From NCBI GenBank assembly GCA_963719495.1, contig CAVRCI010000013.1, positions 416,001 through 480,000 on the forward strand: a DNA stretch of 64,000 bases, written 5' to 3'. The notes under the pieces were generated by a model. It ran no database searches, had not been told where the DNA came from, and was given only the letters and a program-made list of their open reading frames with translations. The DNA comes from an uncultured Verrucomicrobiae bacterium (GTDB lineage: Bacteria; Verrucomicrobiota; Verrucomicrobiia; Chthoniobacterales; JAATET01). Shown one piece after another: positions 9,292-19,434 of the stretch (position 1 is the stretch's first letter; each line of letters begins with the position of its first letter). Both the position numbers and the translations under genes were made by a program.

Positions 9292-10257
9292 ATGGAATCC
9301 CCGCAACCCATCACCTTCGAACCCATCCCAATGGAACGTGTCTGGGGCGGCCGCCGCCTCGAGAGCACCCTTGGCAAAAACCTCCCGCCCGGCGCGCCCT
9401 TCGGCGAATCGTGGGAAGTCGTCGACCGCGCCGACGCCCAGAGCGTCGTCCATTCCGGCCCCCACGCCGGGGCCACCCTCCACGACCTTTGGTCCACCCA
9501 CCGAGCCGACATCTTCGGCGAAGCCTACGCCGGGCACCCGTCGGACCGATTTCCCATGCTCATCAAGCTCCTCGACGCCCGGGAGCGACTCTCCGTCCAG
9601 GTTCATCCTCCCGCCCACGCCGCCGCCGCGCTCAACGGCGAACCCAAGACCGAGGCCTGGTATTTCCTCGATTGCCTGCCCGGCGCCTCGATCTACGCCG
9701 GCCTGAAACGCGGCACGACGCGCCAGGCCTTCGACAACGCCCTCGCGACCGGCCGCGTCGAGGACGTGATCGCCCGTCGACCCGTGAATTCCGGCGAAAG
9801 CATCTTCATCCCCAGCGGTCGCCTCCACGCCATCGGCGAAGGCTGCCTCATCGTCGAGATCCAGCAAAACAGCGACACCACCTACCGCGTCTTCGACTGG
9901 AACCGCTCCGGCCTCGACGGCAAACCCCGCCAGCTCCACCTCGACGAATCGCTGGCCTCCATCGACTTCGACGACTTCGAGCCCGAACTCAATCCCGCCA
10001 CCAGCGACATCATCGCCGTTTGCGAGCATTTCGTGATCGAGAATTGGAAACTTGATTCTCCCCGACGCGCGCTCGACTCCGCGGCGTTCGCCATCTTCGC
10101 CGTCGTCGTGGGCGACGTCTCCTGTGGAGGCCACGTTTTCCCGACCGGATCGTTCTTCCTCGTCCCCGCGTCGATGACCGACGCCCGGATCTCACCCGTC
10201 GGTGATCACGCGACCGTCCTCCGCTCCACTTTGCCAATCAATGGCAAAAATCGGTGA
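9292..10257 (+). CDS. manA: Type I mannose-6-phosphate isomerase (cupin)
   Basis: ERVWGG, FPMLIKLLDA..RLSVQVHP, KTEAWY, LHAIG, EIQQNSDTTYRVFDW. Confidence 0.92.
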   Translation: MESPQPITFEPIPMERVWGGRRLESTLGKNLPPGAPFGESWEVVDRADAQSVVHSGPHAGATLHDLWSTHRADIFGEAYAGHPSDRFPMLIKLLDARERLSVQVHPPAHAAAALNGEPKTEAWYFLDCLPGASIYAGLKRGTTRQAFDNALATGRVEDVIARRPVNSGESIFIPSGRLHAIGEGCLIVEIQQNSDTTYRVFDWNRSGLDGKPRQLHLDESLASIDFDDFEPELNPATSDIIAVCEHFVIENWKLDSPRRALDSAAFAIFAVVVGDVSCGGHVFPTGSFFLVPASMTDARISPVGDHATVLRSTLPINGKNR

Positions 10258-10321
10258 CCCGGGGCTAGAATCCTCTTGACCCGCTGCTCTCAAAATGAAA
10301 TCTCATCCGCAAACAAAGACT

Positions 10322-11005
10322 ATGAAACTCCCCATCCTCTCTTCGCTCGTCGCCCTGGTCTCCATGGGTGTTTCTCAGGCCGGATCCTTCGGTGGCCCGG
10401 GTCCCTTCACCAACCTCTCGCCGCTCCAGAGCGGCATCGACGGCAGCTACCAGGCCACCGCCCGCGGCGATAATCTGACCGGAGTCATTCGCTTCGCTTA
10501 CCAGGGCGGCGTGCAAACCCAGCTCCCCGGAGCTAACACCTACGTCTTCTTTGTAAACGGCAACGTCGTCACCGGAGGCACCACAGCTTCCATCACCGGC
10601 AAGGACCTCGCAGGCGTTCTCGGTGGGCAGGATTTCGTGGTCCCGACTAACGAACAGGGATCGACTGAACTCCCCCTCGTCTTCATCGTCCGCGGAAACC
10701 GTGCAAACGGATTCTTCGAAGGCAGTCTTGATCTTGAAGATCGTCTCTCCTCCTTCGGCGGCGATGGTGAGATCACTAGCGCTGCATCCGAGACCAACAC
10801 CGTTATCTTCATTCCGGACTCCCAAGGCGGCCTCACCAGCATTATTCAAACGAACCAATTTGTCATTCCCAGCGGTTCGCTCGATCCTGACCCAACTGTC
10901 GTTCCGAATCCATTCACCTTCCAAGGTGTCCGCACCAGCGTGGTCGCTCAGGGCTCGTTCAACAGCTCCGCCTCGACCGACACTGGCGGCGGCACCGGTC
11001 TCTAA
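10322..11005 (+). CDS. Hypothetical secreted beta-rich protein
   Basis: Signal-peptide-like N-terminus MKLPILSSLVALVSMGVSQA; Gly/Ser/Thr-rich; no family recognised. Confidence 0.75.
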   Translation: MKLPILSSLVALVSMGVSQAGSFGGPGPFTNLSPLQSGIDGSYQATARGDNLTGVIRFAYQGGVQTQLPGANTYVFFVNGNVVTGGTTASITGKDLAGVLGGQDFVVPTNEQGSTELPLVFIVRGNRANGFFEGSLDLEDRLSSFGGDGEITSAASETNTVIFIPDSQGGLTSIIQTNQFVIPSGSLDPDPTVVPNPFTFQGVRTSVVAQGSFNSSASTDTGGGTGL

Positions 11006-11018
11006 GACCGGACGAGCT

Positions 11019-11555
11019 CTGCTCACTCCAGGTCCAGGACTTTCCAGAAGCTCCGCGGGGTTGACCCTCGTGGAGCTTCTTGCCGTTCTTGGCATCATCG
11101 CGATCATCGCGACTCTGCTCGTCGGTGTCTTCAGCCGCATGCACGGCGTCGGCGACCGGGCGGCCTGCACCGCCAACCTCCGCGTCCTCTACATCGGCCT
11201 CGACGCCCACCTCAAGGATGTCGGCCAGTGGCCCCAACAGCCTAAATTCGACTATAGCGACGAGGAAGCCCGGGGCGAATGGTGGGTCGACAAACTCAAA
11301 CCCTACGATGTCGTCGATGCCGCCTGGAAATGTCCCGGCATCACCCGCCTCGGTTCGATCACCAAGGACGGTGGATCACCCTTCATCCACTACTCGCCGA
11401 CCATGTTCGACGGCAACCCGATCACGCCAATGAAGTGGTCGAACATGCCTTGGCTGGTCGAAATCGGGAACATCCACGGCCACGGTGCCCTCATGATTTT
11501 CCCCGACGGCTCCGTCCGCGACCTCGACAACGTCCTCGTCGACAGCGCGCGCTAA
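11019..11555 (+). CDS. Prepilin-type (pseudopilin) protein with H-X9-DG motif
   Basis: G|LTLVELLAVLGIIAIIATLL, C..NLR, and C-terminal HGHGALMIFPDG. Start uncertain (~11019-11061). Confidence 0.85.
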   Translation: MLTPGPGLSRSSAGLTLVELLAVLGIIAIIATLLVGVFSRMHGVGDRAACTANLRVLYIGLDAHLKDVGQWPQQPKFDYSDEEARGEWWVDKLKPYDVVDAAWKCPGITRLGSITKDGGSPFIHYSPTMFDGNPITPMKWSNMPWLVEIGNIHGHGALMIFPDGSVRDLDNVLVDSAR

Positions 11556-11665
11556 CGACCCGCCGAAGCCCCCCCCGGAGGGCGAGGCTCCCACCGAGCC
11601 GAGTTCGCATCGCACCGTCGCCACGCGAGAAATCGACCGGGTCGGGAGCGAGGCCGTGCTCACCC

Positions 11666-12232
11666 TCACACGCTCCCGGGCTTGACCGCCGGGATGTCCC
11701 GCAAATCCTCGGGCACGGCGTCCGCCGCGAAAGTCTCCGGCGTCATCCGAACCAGCCCAACGAACGGACACCCAAAGTCGGGCAGATTCCCGCCGCTCCG
11801 ATCGACGATACTTCCGATGGCCACCACGACGCCCCCCTGCGCCCGAACGATGTCGAGCGTCTCCTGGACCCGCCCACCCCGCGTCACCACGTCCTCGGCG
11901 ATGATCACGCGCTCACCCGGCGCGATTTTGAATCCGCGCTTCAGAACGAGTCCACCCTCCCCGTCCTTATCCACGAAAATGTGCCGCCGCCCCAGGTGCC
12001 GTGCGACCTCCTGACCCACGATGATCCCCCCCACCGCCGGCGAGACCACGGTCGGCGCCTCATACTTTCGAAGCCGGTCGGCCAGTTCGCCGCACACCCG
12101 GGTCGCCACCGCCGTATCCTGCAACAGCAGCGCGCACTGGAAAAACTCCCGACTGTGCAACCCACTCCGCAGCAAAAAATGCCCGTTCAGCAACGCCCCC
12201 GTCTGCCGAAAGAGATAGAGAATGTCATCCAT
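11666..12232 (-). CDS. pyrE: Orotate phosphoribosyltransferase
   Basis: GHFLLRSGLHS..FFQC, IIAEDVVTRGG, AVKPGS. Confidence 0.95.
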   Translation of the reverse strand: MDDILYLFRQTGALLNGHFLLRSGLHSREFFQCALLLQDTAVATRVCGELADRLRKYEAPTVVSPAVGGIIVGQEVARHLGRRHIFVDKDGEGGLVLKRGFKIAPGERVIIAEDVVTRGGRVQETLDIVRAQGGVVVAIGSIVDRSGGNLPDFGCPFVGLVRMTPETFAADAVPEDLRDIPAVKPGSV

Positions 12233-12240
12233 CCCCCAAC

Positions 12241-12475
12241 CGTAACATCGGCTTCCAGCCGATCACCAACCAAACCCGAAGGGCCATCTCTTCAGCCGCA
12301 AAATGGCGCAGAAGTCGCAGAAGAAGGCCCGGCATTTTCCAGCCCCCTCCTCCATGTCATCTTGAACGAAGTGAAAGATCTCTGATTTCTCACAACCCCC
12401 AAACCCAGATGCACCCCCCGCCCACTAGCCCACCCCCGCCCACCCTCCCCCCTTCTGAGCCTCTTTGCGGCCTAA
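12241..12475. repeat. Intergenic stack of several repeat families
   Basis: Contains the ggcttccagcc palindrome, a gccgcaaaatggcgcagaa ... ttctgagcctctttgcggc inverted pair, and gtcatcttgaacgaagtgaaagatctc. Confidence 0.65.
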
Positions 12476-12478
12476 AAA

Positions 12479-13285
12479 TCAACCAGCCACACGGCCCGCC
12501 GGACTCACGAACCGCGTGCCCGCACTCTGCCGGGCCAGAAATTCATCCGCCAGCGCCGCGTAGGCCGCGGCCCCCACCCCACTCGGATCGTGTTCGAAGA
12601 TCGTGCGGCCAAAGCTCGGGGCCTCGCCGAAGCGCACCGACCGCGGAATTGCCACGTCGTAGACGACCTCCTCGAAATGCTCGCGCACATCGCGCATCAC
12701 GGCCTGATTCAAATTCGTCCGCGAGTCGTACATCGTCATCACCATGCCGGAAATCGCCAACTCGGGATTGGCCACTTCGCGGATTTGATTGATCACCATC
12801 ATCAGCGTCGAGAGTCCCTCGAGCGCATAATATTCGCACTGGATCGGCATGAGAATCTCGTCCGCCGCGACGAGAGCATTCGTCATGATCAGGCCCAACG
12901 ACGGCGGGCAATCCAACAGCGCGTAGTCGAAATTCCCGGAAGCCTCGAGCCCCGCAAAGGCGTCACGCAGCTGCGTCATGTGCGAATCCGACCGCGCGAC
13001 GACCATCTCCGAGCCGGCCAAATCGAGGTCGGCCGGGATCACCGAGAGATTTTCCAGCCGCGTCTTCAGCACGAGATCGGCGGCGGGTTTCTCGCCCGTC
13101 AGCGAGTAATACAAGCTTCCCTGCGACTCCTCGGCCACGCCCATCGCGCTGGTCGCGTTGCCCTGCGAATCGAGATCGATCAGCAAAACTCGGGACCCCC
13201 GCGCCGCGAGAGCCGCCGCGAGGTTCACCGACGTCGTCGTTTTCCCGACCCCGCCCTTCTGGTTCGCTATCGCTATCGTCTTCAT
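12479..13285 (-). CDS. parA: ParA/Soj chromosome-partitioning ATPase
   Basis: ANQKGGVGKTTT, IDLDSQGNAT, DCPPSLG, PIQCEYYALEG, IPRSVRFGEAPSFG. Confidence 0.95.
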   Translation of the reverse strand: MKTIAIANQKGGVGKTTTSVNLAAALAARGSRVLLIDLDSQGNATSAMGVAEESQGSLYYSLTGEKPAADLVLKTRLENLSVIPADLDLAGSEMVVARSDSHMTQLRDAFAGLEASGNFDYALLDCPPSLGLIMTNALVAADEILMPIQCEYYALEGLSTLMMVINQIREVANPELAISGMVMTMYDSRTNLNQAVMRDVREHFEEVVYDVAIPRSVRFGEAPSFGRTIFEHDPSGVGAAAYAALADEFLARQSAGTRFVSPAGRVAG

Positions 13286-14517
13286 TGCTTTTCGGAGTAG
13301 TAGTCGACGAGCCCCCGCACGATGCCCCGGGCGTATTCCCGGTAAATGCTCTCCTGCAAACGACCGTCGACCACCCGTTTACCGGAAAAATCCCCGGCCT
13401 GCACGCGCGCGAACACCGCTTTGCTGTTCATCACGTAGGGCTCGACGTAAACGACCGGGCACTCGAACAACCGATTCGCCAACAGGTTGCGGCCCCACAC
13501 GTAGGGACTCGATCCGACTTTCACGGCGTTCGTGCCGCGGTAGACGTAGGGCGGCAGCCCGGTCGCTTCGCGCATGGATGCCGCAATCGATTCCGTCACC
13601 GCCAGCTCTTCGCGGTAGGCTCCCGAGAGCAATTTCACGAGCAGGTCGAAGCGCTGATCGTCGTAGTCCAACTCCTTCGCGCTGAAGGCGCCGGTCACCA
13701 GAAAGTGGAGGTGATTCTCGTCCACTAGCTTCGGTCGGTCCGGGTTACCCCAGGCTTCGGCGTTGAAGTGGAGGCAGAGCACCAGATCGGGCTTGAATTT
13801 TTCGTTCACCAGCTCCGCGCGCTTTCGAATTTCGCCAACGCGGTAGAAAAGCCGCTCCGCCTCGGTCGCGAGCTCGGGTTTCGTCGCGGTCGCACCGCGG
13901 TCGTCCAACGAATCGCGTGCTTCGTCCTTCAAACGGCTGGGCCGCAGCGACGTCACCGGACCGTCCTTTGATCGGGTCAAAAACACCTCGGCCCCCAGCG
14001 CTTTCAGCTGTGGCTCCATCAGTTTCGCGACCGCCAGGGTCATGTCGCCTTCGGTCACCGGCTTCGACTTCCCGATCTGGAACCAACGCTCCTCCATCTT
14101 GGCGTATTTCCCGCCGAGATGGCCGGGATCGATGCCGATTTTCAGTCCCAACAACGGCTTCGCTTTCGTTCGCGGCCCGAGCTGCGACCGCCGCCGCCAC
14201 GTCCGCGTGATCGGCTGAACGGCCCTCCCCGACGGGGCGAACCGCAGGACAAACGGTTCGCGGCCCCGCGACGTCCGGATCGATGCCGTCGAGTCATCCA
14301 CCTCGATCACTTCCTTCCAGGCCCCCCGCGGGGCGTAGACTTCGTCGAGGAGATACAGAAAATCTTCCCGCGTGATCGATTGCTGATACTTGTTGAGTTC
14401 CGACCACTTCGGCGCCGGTGCCATGGGGCTCAGCTTCTGCGCGTGCGCGACGCCGGCCAGGCCGAATGCGAGAGCGAGGAGGACCGGAACGAACTTCACC
14501 GCCGTCAGGTTGCCCAA
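13282..14517 (-). CDS. Exported N-acetylmuramoyl-L-alanine amidase-like protein (Amidase_3 fold)
   Basis: Signal peptide; IGIDPGH, E in VTEG, LCLHFNA and VYVE as putative Zn and catalytic residues. Confidence 0.75.
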   Translation of the reverse strand: MGNLTAVKFVPVLLALAFGLAGVAHAQKLSPMAPAPKWSELNKYQQSITREDFLYLLDEVYAPRGAWKEVIEVDDSTASIRTSRGREPFVLRFAPSGRAVQPITRTWRRRSQLGPRTKAKPLLGLKIGIDPGHLGGKYAKMEERWFQIGKSKPVTEGDMTLAVAKLMEPQLKALGAEVFLTRSKDGPVTSLRPSRLKDEARDSLDDRGATATKPELATEAERLFYRVGEIRKRAELVNEKFKPDLVLCLHFNAEAWGNPDRPKLVDENHLHFLVTGAFSAKELDYDDQRFDLLVKLLSGAYREELAVTESIAASMREATGLPPYVYRGTNAVKVGSSPYVWGRNLLANRLFECPVVYVEPYVMNSKAVFARVQAGDFSGKRVVDGRLQESIYREYARGIVRGLVDYYSEKQ

Positions 14518-14550
14518 CCGGGACCGGACGCGATACCCTTAATTTCTAAA

Positions 14551-15333
14551 ATGATTCGGATTCTTTTTCTCGGCGACATCGTCGGCGAACCCGGCCGCCA
14601 GGCGGTCATCAAGCAAGTCCCACTGCTGCGCCAAAACCGCCAGATCGACTTCGTCATTGTCAACGGCGAGAACGCCGCTCAGGGCCGCGGCATCACGCCC
14701 AAGATCGCCATCGACCTGCTCCGTTGCGGCGTCGCCGTCATCACGACCGGCGACCACGTCTGGGACCAGAAAGAACTCGCCGATTGGATCCCGACCGAAC
14801 CCCGGCTCCTGCGCCCCGCGAATTTCCCGCCCGGAGCGCCCGGCTCCGGCAGCGTCGTCCTCCAGACCTCCAAGGGCAAAGTCGCCGTCCTCAATCTCAT
14901 GGGCCGCACCTTCATGCCCAACGCCCTCGACAACCCGTTCCTCGTCGCGGAGGAGGAAGTCGCCCGCCTGTCGTCGGAAACGAAGGTCATCTTCGTCGAT
15001 ATGCACTGCGAGACCACCAGCGAAAAGGTCGCCATGGGTCGCCACCTCGACGGGCGCGTCTCCGCCGTCGTCGGCACCCACACGCACGTCCAGACCGCCG
15101 ACGAACGCATCTTCCCCAAGGGCACGGCCTTCCTCTGCGACGCCGGGATGTGCGGCCCCGCGAACTCCGTGATCGGCCGCGATTACGAACCCGTCCTCCA
15201 TCGCTTCAAGACCAATCTGCCGATCCCGTTCCCAATCGCGAAGGGCCCCGTGCGCCTCTGCGGCCTCCAGGTCGACATCGACGAAACCTCGGGCCGCGCG
15301 CTGGCCCTCGAACGCGTCGCGATCCAGGAATAA
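14551..15333 (+). CDS. ymdB: YmdB/TIGR00282 metallophosphoesterase
   Basis: FLGDIVG.PGR, NGENAA.G.G, TTGDH, DMHCETTSEK, GTHTHVQTAD. Confidence 0.92.
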   Translation: MIRILFLGDIVGEPGRQAVIKQVPLLRQNRQIDFVIVNGENAAQGRGITPKIAIDLLRCGVAVITTGDHVWDQKELADWIPTEPRLLRPANFPPGAPGSGSVVLQTSKGKVAVLNLMGRTFMPNALDNPFLVAEEEVARLSSETKVIFVDMHCETTSEKVAMGRHLDGRVSAVVGTHTHVQTADERIFPKGTAFLCDAGMCGPANSVIGRDYEPVLHRFKTNLPIPFPIAKGPVRLCGLQVDIDETSGRALALERVAIQE

Positions 15334-15348
15334 GCCAATCTTCTCTTC

Positions 15349-16128
15349 GTGAAGCTGGCGGCGCTCTTCCTCGACACCCCCGAGCGTCCGGCGTCGCGCG
15401 CGGTCCGCTTCGCGACCTTCGCTCTGCTCGGCCTGGCGGTTGCCGCTATCTGCACGGCCCTCCTCGCCGCGACCCTCGGCGGCTCCGACGTCGTCTGGCG
15501 CTACCGCGCCGTCTTCTGGAAGGGCTTCCTGCTCACAATCCAAATCTCCGCGGTCAGCCTCGTCCTCAGCGCCGTCCTCGGCCTCCTTCTTGCCCTCGCC
15601 CGGCGGTCCCCCGTTCTCATCGTTCGCACGCTGGCCACGCTCCACGTCGAGCTCATCCGCGGCTCCCCGCTGCTGGTCCAGATTCTTTTCGGATTCTACG
15701 TGATCGCGGATTCCGTCCACCTCTCCGACCGCTTCGTCTTCGGCGTCATCGTCCTGTCGAACTTCAGCGCCGCCTACATTGCCGAAATGATCCGCTCCGG
15801 CCTCGAGAGCGTCGGATCTTCGCAGATCGACAGCGCCCGGGCCATCGGCCTCTCCCCCTGGCAGACCCTGCGTTTCGTCGTCTTCCCCCAAGCTTTTCGG
15901 CAGACGCTTCCGCCGCTCACGGGTCAATTCGCCACGCTCATCAAGGATTCCTCCCTACTCTCGATCATCGGGCTCTCGGAGTTCACCTACGCCGCCAATC
16001 AGGTCAACTCCGCCACCTACAGCACGCTCGCCGCCTACTCGCCGCTCCTCTTCGGCTACCTCGCCCTCACCCTCACCATCTCGCTCGCCGCCCGCTGGCT
16101 GGAACGCCGCTTTCGCTATGACACTTGA
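15349..16128 (+). CDS. Polar amino-acid ABC transporter permease
   Basis: ELIRGSPLLVQI, AYIAEMIRSG, EAA-like loop, LIKDSSLLS. Confidence 0.92.
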   Translation: MKLAALFLDTPERPASRAVRFATFALLGLAVAAICTALLAATLGGSDVVWRYRAVFWKGFLLTIQISAVSLVLSAVLGLLLALARRSPVLIVRTLATLHVELIRGSPLLVQILFGFYVIADSVHLSDRFVFGVIVLSNFSAAYIAEMIRSGLESVGSSQIDSARAIGLSPWQTLRFVVFPQAFRQTLPPLTGQFATLIKDSSLLSIIGLSEFTYAANQVNSATYSTLAAYSPLLFGYLALTLTISLAARWLERRFRYDT

Positions 16129-16849
16129 GTTCGACGATGTCTCCAAGGCCTTCGGCGGACACACGGTTATCGAGCGGCTGACGGGCCGCTTCGAATTCGA
16201 CCACGTCCTCGCCTTCGTGGGTCCTTCCGGCGGCGGCAAGTCGACCCTCCTCCGCCTCGTCGCCGGTCTCACGGTGCCGGAGTCCGGCTCGATCCGCGTG
16301 AATGGCGAACCGGTCCCCACGACGGAATCCGACCTACGGGCCTACCGGGCCCGCATCGGCATGGTCTTCCAAGCCTACAACCTCTTCCCGCACCTCGATG
16401 CGACGGAGAACATCGTTCTGCCTCTTGTCCGGGTCCACGGTCGATCCAGCCGGGACGCACGCGCCGCCGCCGCGGCGATCCTCGACCGCTTCCAACTCGC
16501 CGAACACTCGCACAAGCGTCCCGCCGAACTCTCCGGGGGTCAGCGCCAGCGGGTCGCCATCGCCCGAGCCATCGCCATCGACGCCCGCTTCGTTATCCTC
16601 GACGAACCCACCTCCGCCCTCGACCCCGAAATGACCGGCGAAGTCCTCGACCTCATCGAAGAGCTGCGCTCGGAAGACCGCTCCCTCCTGCTCGTGTCAC
16701 ACGAGATGAGCTTCGTCCGACACGCCGCCGACCTCGTCGCGTTCGTCGCCGACGGCACGATCACCGAATCCGCCCCCGGTCCGGATTTCTTCAAAAATGC
16801 GACCCAGCCCGATACTCAAAGATTTCTATCGCGGGTCTTCAAATACTGA
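16118..16849 (+). CDS. Polar amino-acid ABC transporter ATP-binding protein
   Basis: GPSGGGKST, VFQAYNLFPH, LSGGQRQRVAIARA, DEPTSALDPE. Confidence 0.93.
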   Translation: MTLEFDDVSKAFGGHTVIERLTGRFEFDHVLAFVGPSGGGKSTLLRLVAGLTVPESGSIRVNGEPVPTTESDLRAYRARIGMVFQAYNLFPHLDATENIVLPLVRVHGRSSRDARAAAAAILDRFQLAEHSHKRPAELSGGQRQRVAIARAIAIDARFVILDEPTSALDPEMTGEVLDLIEELRSEDRSLLLVSHEMSFVRHAADLVAFVADGTITESAPGPDFFKNATQPDTQRFLSRVFKY

Positions 16850-17037
16850 CATCGACACCAATCGGAGAGAGGCCATTCCCCCCATCCACAACCAGGCCGC
16901 GCCTGCTAACCGATCATTCCCAAAAATCCAAGTCCGGTAATCGGTTCAGTTCCAAGATCCGTGTTGAGGACAGCCAACAAAACCAGCATTTTTGACCCAA
17001 AAATGGACTGGTCCTTTTTGATCGGAAAGGGATGTCG

Positions 17038-17068
17038 GGAGGGCTTTCTGAACCAACGAACGGACTGA
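17038..17068 (+). repeat. RAYT-associated repeat copy A (direct repeat of 18089-18119)
   Basis: ggagggctttctgaaccaa(c/t)gaacggactga, 30 of 31 bases identical. Confidence 0.9.
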
Positions 17069-17165
17069 TGCCATCGACCCATCGAGACCCCATCGACGGA
17101 CACACGGAATTCGCGAGCAAGATATCGTTTGCCGAGCGCGTCGATACGGCCATAAGTTACAAATT

Positions 17166-17444
17166 ATGGCCATAACATCCATCAAGAGCACTTACTCGCT
17201 CGACATCGACACGACCTCCGCCATTGAAATGCTGGCAAAACGCTGGAGCATTCCCAAATCGCAGGTCATCCGACGGGCAATCCGAGCCCAAGCGCAAGCC
17301 GAGTCGGATTGGGCTCCACCGACCCCCGTATCCCCCGAGGCCGCGGACCGGCTGGCGGCGTTCCAAGCGTTGAGTCGCTCGACCCGCGAGCGCGGAGTCG
17401 ATTTCCAACGGTGGGGACAGGACATCCTCGCAACCCGGCGATGA
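17166..17444 (+). CDS. vapB: Ribbon-helix-helix (CopG-like) antitoxin
   Basis: KSTYSLD..T...IEMLAKRWSIPKSQVIRRAI; ATGA overlap with the PIN gene. Confidence 0.75.
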   Translation: MAITSIKSTYSLDIDTTSAIEMLAKRWSIPKSQVIRRAIRAQAQAESDWAPPTPVSPEAADRLAAFQALSRSTRERGVDFQRWGQDILATRR

Positions 17445-17839
17445 TCTCACTCGACGCGAACTACCTCGTTGCCGCGATCGATCCAGCAACGTCTCAGCAT
17501 TTGGAAGTCATCGCCCTGCTTGCAGCTGGCGAAATGTTCTCGATGTCGGCGGTGGCCTGGGCCGAATTCCGATGTGGTAGTCAGGAGGGACTCACCTCCG
17601 AGGAAGAGGCGGCGGCCCACGCGATGCTGACTTCCATCGAGCCACTGACTACCGACGACGCCGAGACCGGAGCAGAACTTTTCAACGCAACCGGACGTCG
17701 GCAACGCTCACTCGCGGATTGTCTTGTCGCTGCCACCGCCATGCGTCTGGATCTCGCGTTGGCGACGTTCAATCAGCAGGATTTTTCGAGATTCACAACC
17801 CATGGTCTAGTGATCCACGAGCCGAGCGGAAAATTTTGA
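17441..17839 (+). CDS. vapC: PIN-domain VapC toxin
   Basis: ISLDANYL, WAEF, SLADCLVAATA, LATFNQQDF. Confidence 0.9.
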   Translation: MISLDANYLVAAIDPATSQHLEVIALLAAGEMFSMSAVAWAEFRCGSQEGLTSEEEAAAHAMLTSIEPLTTDDAETGAELFNATGRRQRSLADCLVAATAMRLDLALATFNQQDFSRFTTHGLVIHEPSGKF

Positions 17840-18088
17840 CCCATCGCCTTTCGCACTCGGAACCCTTAATCCGATCCTTCGCAGGCGACGTGGGCGATCA
17901 ACCGTCGATTGCGAAGCCGCGGCCTGGATTGGCTTCATCATCATCCGGAGAAATGGGGAAATGGGGGGTCAGGCGAGATCGCTCGAATGGCGAGTGGCGG
18001 TTGGATTTGCATCCGACGCGACGGCACGGTCGAACGATGCGGACCGGCGGGAAGCTCGGGGATAATTGGACGTGGCCAACGAGTGCAA

Positions 18089-18123
18089 GGAGGGCTTTCT
18101 GAACCAATGAACGGACTGACCCC
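18089..18123 (+). repeat. RAYT-associated repeat copy B
   Basis: gaaccaatgaacggactgaccc (18101-18122) is the exact reverse complement of 23475-23496. Confidence 0.9.
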
Positions 18124-18207
18124 GGCGAGACCTTTTCCTCGGTTCCTACCGGCGCGGCTTGCGAGGGCGTTCGTCCACCGAGACCAACCGGGGGGTCAAA
18201 ATCCGAC

Positions 18208-19188
18208 TTAGGTCGAGAACCCGGACGGCCCGCGCGTTTGGCGGCGGCGGCGCATCCAGATCATCAAGCCAAGAGAACCGGAGATGACAAACGCGATCGT
18301 CGCCGGCTCGGGAACCGCGGTGAACGTGTGCAACCCGGACGTGAAAAACAAATCGTCGACCTTGCCATCGAAGGAGCTGTTATACGGGAAAACGGAACGT
18401 TCTCCCACGTGGAGCTTCCGCCGAGCATTCGAGATTGCGATGCTCTCGGAGAAAGCAACGGTGGCTAGCTTGGAGCCGTTCAAATAGAGCGTCGCCAGAT
18501 TTTCACCGGGGTTTTCCGCGTAGTCGTAGGCAAACCCGAAGTGATTCCATTCGCCGACGTTGATGGTTCCGACCGGAAGGAAGGCCGAATAGCGGGTCTC
18601 GTTGCCCTCGTTGGAGGCGCTATTGCCCCCGACTTGGATCTCGACCCGCCACTGGTAGGCATTTCCATTCCCGGCGTTCAGCGTTTTCAACAGCCCCAGA
18701 CCAAACGAGTATCCAGCCGAATACGTGCCGCGATCCATCACGACGACGCGCTGCTCGGCGGGATCGATGAGGTTAAAATTGATCCAGGCTCCGCCAGTGA
18801 AATCTTCACCGACGAGATCAAGGGCGTCGTCCGAGGTGTCGTCTGCGTTCCAATAAACGGACGAATTGTCGACCGCGCTCGATCCGCCGGTGGGCAGGTT
18901 CACTGAGTTTCCGTATCCCGAAGTGCCCGGTCGGTCGACCCCGGGAACGAAGCTTGGAGAATTCCCGGCGGACCCGGTCGCGAGTTCGCCGTCGTAGGTT
19001 GCTCCCGAGGCGGCCGAGTTGGCGACGGTCTCACCGGAGGTCTCGTCGAACTTCCAATTCAATTTATCCACCGCGATGCTGTCCGAGACGGGGCGCGCCA
19101 AATTGATGGCGGCGGCGCGGCAGACCAGAGGGTTCGTCAGCAAAGAAAAAGCCGCGACGGCGGAGAAGATGGTCGACTTGGGGTTCAT
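18208..19188 (-). CDS. LamG-like (concanavalin fold) PEP-CTERM surface protein
   Basis: Signal peptide; WKFDETSG, WNHFGFAYD, TLYLNG, FDGKVDDL; VPEP + TM + RRRR. Confidence 0.9.
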   Translation of the reverse strand: MNPKSTIFSAVAAFSLLTNPLVCRAAAINLARPVSDSIAVDKLNWKFDETSGETVANSAASGATYDGELATGSAGNSPSFVPGVDRPGTSGYGNSVNLPTGGSSAVDNSSVYWNADDTSDDALDLVGEDFTGGAWINFNLIDPAEQRVVVMDRGTYSAGYSFGLGLLKTLNAGNGNAYQWRVEIQVGGNSASNEGNETRYSAFLPVGTINVGEWNHFGFAYDYAENPGENLATLYLNGSKLATVAFSESIAISNARRKLHVGERSVFPYNSSFDGKVDDLFFTSGLHTFTAVPEPATIAFVISGSLGLMIWMRRRRQTRGPSGFST

Positions 19189-19434
19189 TTAAATTTCGCT
19201 GATTGTCGACACGGCACCGCAGCCGATCCGTCGAGCCGTTTATCCAAAGTTCAGGCGACAGACCGTTGATCCATAAGCTCGTCCCTGCGGGTTTCCTGAC
19301 CGAAGGATGCGTGAAACATTGCTACCCTGTCAAGACTTCGTCGAGCCGTCGCAATGCGGCCGAATCAAATGCCGCAATCCCGGTGAAAGCTGGGTTTAAG
19401 AAGCGGATCGGAAAGGTGAAGGGTGAAGGGTCAG

